Origin: Nanoarchaeum equitans Kin4-M | GTDB lineage: Archaea > Nanobdellota > Nanobdellia > Nanobdellales > Nanoarchaeaceae | Length of the DNA stretch: 32,000 bases | Reading direction: 5' to 3' | Assembly: GCA_000008085.1 (NCBI GenBank) | Contig: AE017199.1 | Location: forward strand, 270,001-302,000 | Shown: positions 1 to 8,290 of the stretch, piece by piece | Position numbering within the stretch: position 1 is the first letter of the stretch | Layout of the letters: the number at the start of each line of letters is the position of its first letter | Notes under the pieces: model-generated | Databases searched by the model: none | Seen by the model: the letters and a program-made list of their open reading frames with translations, nothing else | Told to the model about the DNA's origin: nothing | Position numbers and translations under genes: made by a program

Positions 1-507
1 AATATCGTTAACTGCTAAGTTTTTGGGAATTTGATTTCTAACCTCGTATTCCTTTTCTCCTTTTAATAGTTTGTCTAACCATTTTTTCTTTATTGTTAGC
101 CTATGTATCATAGGGAACAAATCACTTTTCTTAAAAGGTCTAAGTGTTATGGCTATTCTAGGGTTACCAATATAAACATCGGGGCTATTCTTTTGGGCAT
201 ACCCTTTTAATAATAAAACTTCATGCTTAGGCATATATTTAATATCGCCATCCCAATAAACATAAAAATATTTGTATTTTGATTGGCTTATATTTTTAAT
301 AAACTCTTCTTTCGTTTGCGATTTTTGGTCTTTGGTTACTATTAAAGTGTATTGCCCATTAGTGTAATAAATAAAATCGCCTACTCTTTCTATAGAGTTT
401 TGGGCAAACTCTATAGCTTTTTTCCATAATTCTATAGGGTTTACATCCTTTTTCTTTAATAGCCTTTTCTTTATTTTTTCTTTAGCATGTTTAGTTAGCA
501 GGAACAT
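1..507 (-). CDS. hypothetical protein, truncated by the window edge; its distal part resembles the start of an ASCH/PUA-like domain
   Basis: Absent from the ORF track because no stop lies in the window. My minus-strand translation from ATG 507..505 reads MFLLTKHAKEKIKKRLLKKKDVNPIELWKK...HRLTIKKKWLDKLLKGEKEYEVRN and stays open to position 1. The ATG overlaps the ABCE1 stop (TAATG), suggesting co-transcription. Confidence 0.55.
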   Translation of the reverse strand, partial: MFLLTKHAKEKIKKRLLKKKDVNPIELWKKAIEFAQNSIERVGDFIYYTNGQYTLIVTKDQKSQTKEEFIKNISQSKYKYFYVYWDGDIKYMPKHEVLLLKGYAQKNSPDVYIGNPRIAITLRPFKKSDLFPMIHRLTIKKKWLDKLLKGEKEYEVRNQIPKNLAVNDI

Positions 508-2222
508 TAATAATAGTATAAACCTTGGGCTTTTTGCTCTCTATCCAATCTAGAACCAGGTTCATTAATTCTTGGTCTACCATTTACTTTTCTAATTGTT
601 ATACCCATGTTTTTCAAAAACAAGTTTAGCCCTTCTTTTATAGGTAAAGGTTTATTTGCTTTCCCATATTTCGATGGCTCTCCTTCAAAAACCATTATCG
701 AATCGCTTATGTATTCCATAAACATTAGATCGTGGTCTATAACGAAAGCGGCCTTGCCTTTTTCTTTAATTATATTTCTTATTGCTCTAGCTATTCTAAC
801 CCTTTCTTCTATATCTAAAAATGCTGTTGGCTCGTCAATTAAATACAAATCTGCTTCTTTGAGTAAAGCGGCAGCGGTTATAACTTTTTGTAATTCCCCT
901 CCGCTTAATGTGGTTAAATCGTGGTCGAACAATTCATATAATTCTAAAGGCCTTATTAATAGAGAATCATAAAATTCGTTTCTATAATTGGGATTCATTT
1001 GTTCGAACAATTTTCTAACAGTAACTTCTTTAGGCTCTATATATTGAGGTTTGTAGCTAATGGTTATTTTTTTCTCTATGGGCTTAACATCAAAATCTCC
1101 TTTTAATGCTCTAATAAATGTGGTTTTTCCTATACCATTTGGGCCAACAATACCTATTATTTCTTTTTTGTATACCTCTCCTTTTTCCGCTTCTAATTTG
1201 AAATTGCCCAAATCTATTGTAAATGGTTTCCATTCTAAATATATGGTTTTGCCCCTTTCTTTTTCAGTGCCTTCTAAGAAATATAATTCGAAATCTCTAA
1301 TTCTTATATTTTCGCTTTTTAAATAGCCTTTAAGGTATTCATTTATAGCAGTATTATTACCTTTGGGTTGGCTAAATTTTCCATAAGCCGCTTTTTGACC
1401 ATAAGCTATATGTATTAACTCTACTATATAGTCCAATATAAGCAAATCATGATCTATAACGATTTTAGTTTTATTTAGGGCTTTTATTTTAAGAGCTACC
1501 CTAAGCCTTTCTCTAATGTCTAAGAAATTCGTTGGCTCATCAAAAATATATACATCGCCTTCTTTAGATAAAGAGGCATAAATCAATAGTTTTTGCAGTT
1601 CTCCCCCGCTAAGGTTTTCTATTTTTCTGTCTAATATTTTGTCTAAGCCGAATTCTTTCAATAACGGGTTATCCAATTTTATTAGCTCTCTAACGGTTTT
1701 ACCCTTAAAAACCTCTCTAAGTTTTTGTATTTCTTGTATTTTATGTATAACCTTTATTTGCCCTTTAGATAACAATTCAAAATAGTTTTGCAATTCTGTA
1801 CCTTTGAATTTTTCTATTATCTCTTCCCAGCTATATTCTTTATTATAATCGCCGAAATTTGGTTTTAGTTGCCCACTCAATATTTTTATAGCTGTAGTTT
1901 TTCCTATTCCATTGGGCCCTAAAATTCCTATAGATTTGCCCATCTTTACTATTGGCAAGGAAAACAACCTAAAAGAGTTAGGCCCATATTGAAATACGAC
2001 TTCGCCCTTCGCTTCTGGGACATTAATTATTTTTATGGCTTTGAATGGGCATTTTTTAACACATAACCCACATCCAATACAAATAGATTCATCGATTACA
2101 GGTTTGCCATCGATTATTTCTATACATTTCTTTCCTGCCCTATTTAAAGGGCAAAAATTGTAGCATTCGTAGTTACATTTGTTAGGCTTACATTTAGTTC
2201 TATCTATTATGGCAATACGCAT
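507..2222 (-). CDS. ABCE1 / RNase L inhibitor-type ribosome-recycling ATPase (two 4Fe-4S cysteine clusters plus two ABC ATPase domains)
   Basis: N-terminal CX2CX2C..CP ferredoxin-like motifs (CKPNKCNYECYNFCP, CIGCGLCVKKCP). Two Walker A motifs (GPNGIGKT twice), LSGGELQ signatures and DEPT Walker B motifs. The track start at 2231 is TTG; ATG 2222 (MRIAII) lies 21 nt from TATA 2242-2251. Confidence 0.9.
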   Translation of the reverse strand: MRIAIIDRTKCKPNKCNYECYNFCPLNRAGKKCIEIIDGKPVIDESICIGCGLCVKKCPFKAIKIINVPEAKGEVVFQYGPNSFRLFSLPIVKMGKSIGILGPNGIGKTTAIKILSGQLKPNFGDYNKEYSWEEIIEKFKGTELQNYFELLSKGQIKVIHKIQEIQKLREVFKGKTVRELIKLDNPLLKEFGLDKILDRKIENLSGGELQKLLIYASLSKEGDVYIFDEPTNFLDIRERLRVALKIKALNKTKIVIDHDLLILDYIVELIHIAYGQKAAYGKFSQPKGNNTAINEYLKGYLKSENIRIRDFELYFLEGTEKERGKTIYLEWKPFTIDLGNFKLEAEKGEVYKKEIIGIVGPNGIGKTTFIRALKGDFDVKPIEKKITISYKPQYIEPKEVTVRKLFEQMNPNYRNEFYDSLLIRPLELYELFDHDLTTLSGGELQKVITAAALLKEADLYLIDEPTAFLDIEERVRIARAIRNIIKEKGKAAFVIDHDLMFMEYISDSIMVFEGEPSKYGKANKPLPIKEGLNLFLKNMGITIRKVNGRPRINEPGSRLDREQKAQGLYYY

Positions 2223-2241
2223 TTGGATCAAAAATGGATAG

Positions 2242-2251
2242 CTATAAAAAA
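2242..2251 (-). promoter_or_regulatory. TATA box for ABCE1 (ttttttatag on the minus strand)
   Basis: A/T 8-10-mer ending about 21 nt upstream of ATG 2222, the same spacing seen at about 30 other starts in this window. Confidence 0.6.
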
Positions 2252-2288
2252 GGTGTTACTCTTATTATTCACTCGTAGTTACTTAACC

Positions 2289-2296
2289 TTATAAAA
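2289..2296 (+). promoter_or_regulatory. TATA box for the S-layer gene (ttataaaa)
   Basis: Ends 20 nt before ATG 2316, consistent with a leaderless mRNA. Confidence 0.6.
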
Positions 2297-2315
2297 GGTT
2301 TGGCCAAAATATATT

Positions 2316-5141
2316 ATGAAAACTCTAGCAAAAGCCCAAGTAGTTTTAGCAAGCGGTATGTTATTGGCTGGAGCAGTAGCCCAAAACGACCAAACACAAA
2401 ACAACACAGAAACCTTAAAGAGCTTTGTAAACAAAATGGTTCAAGATTTGTCTAAAGTAAGAATTGTTATTAGCGACGCTCCAACTGTAGAGGAAGCAAT
2501 GGCTGCTACAGATGTTGCATTAGTTTTATATTACAAAGCTGTAGAAGTATCTAAACAAGAAAAAGAAGTAACTTATGAAGTAAAAAGCAAAAAAGTAGTA
2601 GTTGAATATCCAAAAACAGTATCCGAAAATGAGGTACCCTTATACAAAGCTACAGAGAAAATTGAATTAGGAGAAGGTTTAACTGGAGGTGGTGTATATT
2701 CCATCTCTAACGAATTAGTATTCAAAGATGGAAAAATAAAAGACAAAGACAATGTAGAATATTATTACACAGTTAGATTCAAACCTTCTTCTAACGCAAT
2801 AGTAGTGTTTAAAGACAAACAAGACACAGAGGAAGAAGATCCTACTGTATTAATAGATGGAGGTAGTAATGAATTCTATACAATAGAAGTAACATTTACT
2901 CCAAGCTTACCAAGTGATACAGATACTTTAGAGGATAAAGAATTAAATCAAAAAGCAATGGAGATAGCAGGCAAGAAGTTCTATATCTCTGAAGTAGGAG
3001 ACAAGAAAATTGTATTGAGAGAAGCAAGCAATGTAGTAACATTAAATGTTGGTGAATCTTACGAGTTTGAAGGTAAAAAAGTTGAATTGGTAGATGTAGT
3101 AAAACAAGGGGACGAGTATTATGCTGTGATTAAAGTAGGGGATGACCAAGAAACAATAAAAGTTAATGACGAAGAAAAAGTAGGTGGAGTTGATGTAAAA
3201 GTATTGGGCGCATGGGTATCTGAAACACAAGAAGGGAAAGCTTATGCAAAAGTTATATTAGGAGGGAAGAAAATAGAATTACAAGAAGGAAACAAAGTAA
3301 AAGTTGGTGGCGAAGACATAGATAATACAGAAGTTATAAAAGCAGGACCATCTGGATTTAAGATAAAGGTATATGTAAACAAAGACGATACAACAAAGAA
3401 CTACTTAGAAAATGGAAAAGAATTAGTAGACCCAGTATTTGGCACATTTAAATTAGTATTCAAACCAGTAGACTTGGTAGCAGGAAAAGAAAAAGTAAAA
3501 GTATACGCATCTGGAGAAGATGCATATATAAAACTACCATTAGTAGAAGGAGAAAAAACATTCAAAATAGTAGACGGTATTGATGATAGTAATAATTTAG
3601 TAATTAATGAAGATTGGTATGTTTCAATTGGGGAATCCCCCGACGCTAATAGTTTCAACAAGTTATTAACAGTACTAGGGGGAGTTTCTGGCGACTTAAG
3701 AGTTAATATATATTATAAGGATAGTAACGGTGTAAAGAAACCATACTTTGTAGTATCATTGCCAACAAGCAGAGAAACATATGTATACCAAGTTAACTCT
3801 GTAACAGTGGATAACGATAATAACATTGCAAAAGTAGAGTTAAAAGATGTTGTAACTGGAAACACATTTACTGTAAATGTTGACTTGAATACTGGCTATA
3901 CAACATTAACCATAGGTGGAGTCGACTTTGAACTACATGTTAGCACTGATAGTAGCAAAACTGTTGTATACTTAGACAAAGTGGTTGTAATACCATCTCT
4001 ATTATTCTACACAAAGGATGGCCATAAAGTATATATATGGAAGAAAGATAGCAATGTATATACAATAGTAAGCGAATTCCAAGGAAACGACGTGTACACT
4101 TTTGCTGGAGAGGTAGAGTTATATCCAGATACAAACGATAAGAAAGTGGCTGTAAGCTTCCCTAGGCAAGACCAAAACTTAAAACTAGAGGGACTAGAAC
4201 CATTCATATTAGTTAAAGCTGAATGGGGTAATGATGTTGCATACAACACATCTAATGGTGATAATACAGTTACTGCAAACTTAACTATCGTTGATGTATT
4301 ACATTGGTATGAAAAATCACTCAATAATGTACAACTAACAGTAACTGCCCAATCTGGAAATGATACAGCACAAGGTTATGTATATTATAACACAAGCGAT
4401 GGGCTAAGCTTCAAAATCACAGTAACTGCAACACTTCCAGATAACCCCGATGACAACGCAAGCGAAAATGTTGTTAATGATGGTGCAACCCTTAACGTTA
4501 AGGTAACAGAGGAAGATAGCGTATTAAATGATAAAATGGTAAGAAACTTCGTTTCACTAGAGGACAACGAATTCAAAGGATTAGATCAATGGGGCACATA
4601 TATCCATGGAGACGAAGAGAAGGACGGCGATGGTTATGTAGAATTCTATGTACCAAACGAAAAAGTATGGTACGACATAAGAGTAGCCAAAACTGGGGAA
4701 ACCAAAGAAGAATATCAAACAATGGAATTGACACCAGGTGAAAAGATAGACAATACACAATACAAAGTGAAAGATGTACAAGCAGATGTAGAAATAAACC
4801 CAACCAAATACTACGAATACAAAGTAAAACCAGTATATGGATTAGTAGTAGCAGATGTAGAAGCAGTTAGCGGTTGCCAAGTAGCCGGTGCAGAATACGC
4901 AATAGCAATAGGTACACCAACAGACAACATGTTAGTAGCAAACTGTGTTAAAGAAGAATTAATGCCAGGACAAGCATTAGTTAAACTATTAGCAGACAAG
5001 AAAGTAGTAGTAATGACAGGTAAGACCCCAGCATTAGCAGCCAAAGCAGCAGAAGAGTTTGCTAAAAAAGTAATGAACGATGAAGTACCAGAAAAAGCAG
5101 AGATGGTAGTAACACAAGAAGGAACAGTAGCAAGCCAATAA
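2316..5141 (+). CDS. S-layer / major surface protein (941 aa)
   Basis: N-terminal signal-like peptide MKTLAKAQVVLASGMLLAGAVAQ. Large, acidic, V/K/E/T/D-rich and beta-rich, with many N-x-S/T sites. The N-terminal segment (RIVISDAPTVEEAMAATDVALVL) and C-terminal segment (AIAIGTPTDNMLVANCVKEEL) resemble the conserved termini of Methanococcales/Thermococcales-type S-layer proteins as I recall them. Confidence 0.7.
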   Translation: MKTLAKAQVVLASGMLLAGAVAQNDQTQNNTETLKSFVNKMVQDLSKVRIVISDAPTVEEAMAATDVALVLYYKAVEVSKQEKEVTYEVKSKKVVVEYPKTVSENEVPLYKATEKIELGEGLTGGGVYSISNELVFKDGKIKDKDNVEYYYTVRFKPSSNAIVVFKDKQDTEEEDPTVLIDGGSNEFYTIEVTFTPSLPSDTDTLEDKELNQKAMEIAGKKFYISEVGDKKIVLREASNVVTLNVGESYEFEGKKVELVDVVKQGDEYYAVIKVGDDQETIKVNDEEKVGGVDVKVLGAWVSETQEGKAYAKVILGGKKIELQEGNKVKVGGEDIDNTEVIKAGPSGFKIKVYVNKDDTTKNYLENGKELVDPVFGTFKLVFKPVDLVAGKEKVKVYASGEDAYIKLPLVEGEKTFKIVDGIDDSNNLVINEDWYVSIGESPDANSFNKLLTVLGGVSGDLRVNIYYKDSNGVKKPYFVVSLPTSRETYVYQVNSVTVDNDNNIAKVELKDVVTGNTFTVNVDLNTGYTTLTIGGVDFELHVSTDSSKTVVYLDKVVVIPSLLFYTKDGHKVYIWKKDSNVYTIVSEFQGNDVYTFAGEVELYPDTNDKKVAVSFPRQDQNLKLEGLEPFILVKAEWGNDVAYNTSNGDNTVTANLTIVDVLHWYEKSLNNVQLTVTAQSGNDTAQGYVYYNTSDGLSFKITVTATLPDNPDDNASENVVNDGATLNVKVTEEDSVLNDKMVRNFVSLEDNEFKGLDQWGTYIHGDEEKDGDGYVEFYVPNEKVWYDIRVAKTGETKEEYQTMELTPGEKIDNTQYKVKDVQADVEINPTKYYEYKVKPVYGLVVADVEAVSGCQVAGAEYAIAIGTPTDNMLVANCVKEELMPGQALVKLLADKKVVVMTGKTPALAAKAAEEFAKKVMNDEVPEKAEMVVTQEGTVASQ

Positions 5142-5145
5142 AATT

Positions 5146-5436
5146 TTAGAGAATAGATAAGATAATTTTTACTATATCTGGATAACCTTTCTCTGCTTCT
5201 TCTTTTATTTTCTCTCTTACTAGGTCTTTCTTATCTAATAGTTCTTTTAATTTCTTTTTTACAATCTCTCTTAATATTTGCCTTAATTGATAAGGGGTTA
5301 AATTGTATTCCATTGCTACTCTATCAAATAGCTCTATTAGCTCTTGGTTCTCTGAATATAACCAAAAGTATCTTCTTCCCATTCCTCTCCCCATTCCTTT
5401 CCTTCTACCGAACCCATAACCACCTATGCCCATCAT
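5146..5436 (-). CDS. small hypothetical protein with a Gly/Arg-rich N-terminus (MMGIGGYGFGRRKGMGRGMGRR...)
   Basis: The track ORF runs to 5553, but its first 39 aa overlap the GluRS start and promoter. ATG 5436 sits about 21-25 nt from the A/T core at 5459-5468. The C-terminal two-thirds is a K/E-rich helical region. Confidence 0.5.
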   Translation of the reverse strand: MMGIGGYGFGRRKGMGRGMGRRYFWLYSENQELIELFDRVAMEYNLTPYQLRQILREIVKKKLKELLDKKDLVREKIKEEAEKGYPDIVKIILSIL

Positions 5437-5496
5437 GGTACCGAAAGTACCAATGGGTAATTTAAAAGCTTTAACTATATAGGTTTCGCCCAAAGA

Positions 5497-7185
5497 ATGT
5501 ACAAAGAAATAATAGCCTATCTTAAGCTTAAATATGGAAAAGTAAAACCCCAATCTGTTATTGGTAAAATAATAGCTAAAAACCCCGAGTTAAAAGCTAA
5601 AATAAAAGAGCTAATCCCTATAATAGAGCAAGAGATAAAAGAGGTAGAACAAATGGATATAGAACAAATAAAAGAATTAGCTAAAGCTTATGAACAAACC
5701 ATAGAGAAAAAAGAAAAAGACATAGAGATACCGGTAAAAGACAAAGTAATAACAAGATTTGCTCCAAACCCCTCGGGGTTATTACATATAGGCCATGCAA
5801 GAGCTATAGTTCTAAACCATTATATTGCAAAAAAATATAATGGCCAATTCATATTAAGAATAGAAGATACCGATCCAGATGTAAAAAAACCTATGATTGA
5901 GGCTTACGAGTTAATACCGAAAGATGTGGAATGGTTAATACAAGAAAAGCCCGACAAAATAGTTGTACAAAGTGATAGATTAGATATTTACTATAAATAT
6001 ATAGAAGAGCTTATAAAACAAGGCAAAGCATATGTTTGTTTATGTAAAGCTGAGGAATTTAGAGAATATAGAAACAAAGGTTTACCTTGCCCCCATAGGA
6101 ATCAATCTATAGAAGAAAACCTAGAGTTATGGAGCAAAATGTTAAAAGGCGAATTCAAAAAAGGAGAAGCGGTAGTAAGATTAAAAACAGATTTAACTCA
6201 CAAAGACCCCGGGGTAAGGGATTTCCCCATAGCGAGGATAGTAGAAAACCCTCATCCTAGAATAGGGTATAAACCTGTATTTCCATTATATAATTTTGCT
6301 GTCGTAATAGATGACCATTTACTTGGCATAACCCATGTTATTAGAATGAAAGAACATACAAACAATGCTATAAAGCAATCTTTTATATATAAAGCATTTG
6401 GTTGGGAAGAACCCATCTATTTGGAGTATGGTGCTCTATTAACGGATATGCCCACACATAAAAGCGAAATAAGAAAATTAATAGAACAAAAACAAATCGA
6501 AGGTTGGGATGATATTAGATTGCCAACATTAATAGCATTAAGAAGGAGGGGAATTTTACCAGAGGCGATATATGAATATATAGTAAAAGATGTAGGATTA
6601 AACAAAGCCGATATAAAAGTAGATTGGAACAAAATATATTATTATCATAAAATTAGGATAGACAAACAAACTCCCAGATATTTTATGATTAGAGATCCTA
6701 TCGCAATAGTAATAGAAAACTATGACGATATTATAGACAAATTCGAAATAAAAAATGGCATCCCATATAAAAAGATTTCTAAACATCCAGATGTTGATTT
6801 GGGGTATAGGGAATTACCAATAAAAGAGGTATTATATATAGACAAAAGAGATGCTGAAAGGCTCAAACAAAAGCCATTAAGATTATTCGAGCTATTCAAT
6901 ATAAAATTTGTGGGCGAAATAGAAATTGAGTATGGCGATGAATATTCTAAAACAAAAGAGAAAGCTTATGCTGTTAGAGTTATATCTTTCGATGTGCAAG
7001 AAGCAATAAAAAACAAATACCCCATAGTGCAATGGTTACCGGAATATGAAGAAACTACATTATTTGAATTGGATGGATATAAAAAAGCTTATGTAGAGCC
7101 AAACATTAAAGAGAATTATGTGCATTTTATTAGAGAAGGTTATTATAAAAGGGAAAATGATAAATGGATATTTAGTGTGAAATAG
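5497..7185 (+). CDS. gltX: glutamyl-tRNA synthetase (archaeal type)
   Basis: Class I HIGH motif in context (RFAPNPSGLLHIGHARA). Archaeal/eukaryal GluRS-type N-terminus and overall length of 562 aa. Confidence 0.9.
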   Translation: MYKEIIAYLKLKYGKVKPQSVIGKIIAKNPELKAKIKELIPIIEQEIKEVEQMDIEQIKELAKAYEQTIEKKEKDIEIPVKDKVITRFAPNPSGLLHIGHARAIVLNHYIAKKYNGQFILRIEDTDPDVKKPMIEAYELIPKDVEWLIQEKPDKIVVQSDRLDIYYKYIEELIKQGKAYVCLCKAEEFREYRNKGLPCPHRNQSIEENLELWSKMLKGEFKKGEAVVRLKTDLTHKDPGVRDFPIARIVENPHPRIGYKPVFPLYNFAVVIDDHLLGITHVIRMKEHTNNAIKQSFIYKAFGWEEPIYLEYGALLTDMPTHKSEIRKLIEQKQIEGWDDIRLPTLIALRRRGILPEAIYEYIVKDVGLNKADIKVDWNKIYYYHKIRIDKQTPRYFMIRDPIAIVIENYDDIIDKFEIKNGIPYKKISKHPDVDLGYRELPIKEVLYIDKRDAERLKQKPLRLFELFNIKFVGEIEIEYGDEYSKTKEKAYAVRVISFDVQEAIKNKYPIVQWLPEYEETTLFELDGYKKAYVEPNIKENYVHFIREGYYKRENDKWIFSVK

Positions 7186-7193
7186 TTTTAAAT
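7186..7193 (+). promoter_or_regulatory. TATA box for rpl35ae (ttttaaat)
   Basis: Ends 21 nt before ATG 7214. Confidence 0.6.
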
Positions 7194-7213
7194 GCCCTAT
7201 TATTAAAACGCCA

Positions 7214-7471
7214 ATGCGTGGTATAGTGATTAGCTATAGAAGGGGCAAGCACACCCAGAATAATTACCAAGTTATAGTACAACCAGAGAATGTATTCGAT
7301 AAAAAAGAAGCCTCTAAATTGGTTGGTAAAAAAGTAATATGGAAAAGCCCCACAGGAAAAACCTTTGTTGGGGTAATAACAGCCCCACATGGTAATAAAG
7401 GCAAAGTAAGAGTAAGATTTAGAAAGGGGGTCCCAGGCCAGATGTTAGGTAAACTAGTAACAATACAATGA
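7214..7471 (+). CDS. rpl35ae: ribosomal protein L35Ae
   Basis: Sequence YRRGKHTQNNYQVIV...GKKVIWKSPTGKTFVGVITAPHGNKGKVRVRFRKGVPGQ matches the L35Ae family pattern. Confidence 0.9.
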   Translation: MRGIVISYRRGKHTQNNYQVIVQPENVFDKKEASKLVGKKVIWKSPTGKTFVGVITAPHGNKGKVRVRFRKGVPGQMLGKLVTIQ

Positions 7472-7665
7472 TCCGCAATAGAATATTAGAAATATTAAAC
7501 GAAAGGGGAAAAATAGAGTTCAAAGAGCTGGTAAAAGAGTTAAAAACCCACCCATATGTTGTTAGAAAAATAGTTGAAGAACTAAGAAGGGAAGGAAAAA
7601 TAAATCTAACAAAAGAGGTTTACCATCACAAACCCAAAAAGTTTAAACTATTTGTATCACTTTAG
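7468..7665 (+). CDS. stand-alone winged-helix DNA-binding protein (AsnC/Lrp-type HTH-like, 65 aa)
   Basis: MIRNRILEILNERGKIEFKELVKELKTHPYVVRKIVEELRREGKINL fits the HTH_AsnC pattern (xILxxLxxxGRxxxxELAxxLxxSxxxVxxRIxxLxxxGxI). An ATGA overlap with the rpl35ae stop implies translational coupling. Confidence 0.55.
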   Translation: MIRNRILEILNERGKIEFKELVKELKTHPYVVRKIVEELRREGKINLTKEVYHHKPKKFKLFVSL

Positions 7666-7833
7666 AGTTTTCAAATTCTCGATTTTCGTTTTAACATTTT
7701 CATCTATAGAAGTTATGGCACTATTGTTAGATTTAGCTAAGCTATTAGCCAAATATAAAATAATTGCTGCCAATGCTATAGATATTGCAAAAACAATAAT
7801 AACATCTATAGCAATAGCTTTTTTATTGGCCAT
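7657..7833 (-). CDS. candidate small membrane protein, 58 aa (MANKKAIAIDVIIVFAISIALAAIILYLANSLAKSNNSAITSIDENVKTKIENLKTLK)
   Basis: Below the ORF-track cut-off; I translated it by hand. ATG start, a basic N-terminus, one clear TM helix and a polar tail. A TATA-like acttttaa at 7856-7863 ends about 21-23 nt from the ATG. It competes with the TTG-initiated plus-strand ORF 7652-7846. Confidence 0.4.
   Translation of the reverse strand: MANKKAIAIDVIIVFAISIALAAIILYLANSLAKSNNSAITSIDENVKTKIENLKTLK
7819..7826 (+). promoter_or_regulatory. TATA box for the PUA-module gene (ttttttat)
   Basis: Ends 21 nt before ATG 7847. Confidence 0.55.
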
Positions 7834-7846
7834 CCCTATAATATAA

Positions 7847-8290
7847 ATGGATTGGTTAAAAGTTTTAAGGAATATAGCGGATTATTGGTTTGGCCCAAAT
7901 ACTGGAAAAATGCTAATCCCGGACAATGCTAAAATAATATTTGGAAAAACTAATAGACCCAGGCAGGTTTGGTATAATAATAGAAGGCTTTTCTCTATTA
8001 GGGCAGAGGATTTCTATTATATTTTAGGATATGGAGCTTTGTTAATAAAAGACAAACTAAAGAAAGTCTATATCGATACAAGTTTAGAGAAAAAAAGCTC
8101 TATTATTGGGAAAGACATAAAAGATTATGACAAATTTAAACCAGGAGAGAATGTGCTTATTTATTATAATAATAAACCTATCGCTGTTGGTATTGCGAGA
8201 CTTTCCTATAAAGAGATTTATGGCAATAACGAAATTATAAAGATAAAAGAAAAATTCTCAAATGATAGCGATAGTAACTGGGGACTCTAG
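7847..8290 (+). CDS. stand-alone C2+PUA module of archaeosine tRNA-guanine transglycosylase type (C-terminal half of a split arcTGT)
   Basis: LRNIADYWFGPNTGKMLIP...RAEDFYYILGYGALLI matches the uncharacterised-domain-2 region. KPGENVLIYYNNKPIAVGIARLSYKEI...IIKIK matches PUA. No catalytic TIM-barrel is present. I recall arcTGT being reported as a split gene in N. equitans. Confidence 0.7.
   Translation: MDWLKVLRNIADYWFGPNTGKMLIPDNAKIIFGKTNRPRQVWYNNRRLFSIRAEDFYYILGYGALLIKDKLKKVYIDTSLEKKSSIIGKDIKDYDKFKPGENVLIYYNNKPIAVGIARLSYKEIYGNNEIIKIKEKFSNDSDSNWGL

Noticed and set aside
607-1326. Plus-strand ORFs 607-972 and 1060-1326 inside the ABCE1 gene.
   Set aside because: They are antisense shadows of a strongly supported CDS. 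They are Ser/Phe/Leu/Ile-rich and of low complexity, with no promoter at the canonical spacing.
3042-5044. Eight minus-strand ORFs (62-105 aa) inside the S-layer gene.
   Set aside because: All are antisense to a 941-aa ORF with a coherent signal peptide and composition. The sequences look like typical shadow-frame products.
7652-7846. TTG-initiated 64-aa plus-strand ORF.
   Set aside because: It needs a TTG start, has no promoter and has a hydrophobic shadow-like composition. The minus-strand ATG ORF is more protein-like. I keep it only as the less likely alternative.
7847-7861. Both split-gene C-terminal halves begin (M)DWLK (7847 and 18899); I considered a shared split-site or recombination signature.
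   Set aside because: The nucleotide identity is short (tggattgg plus a few bases). DWLK is explained independently in each family: the GWLKVY motif of topo IA and the start of the arcTGT C2 domain. It is most likely coincidence.
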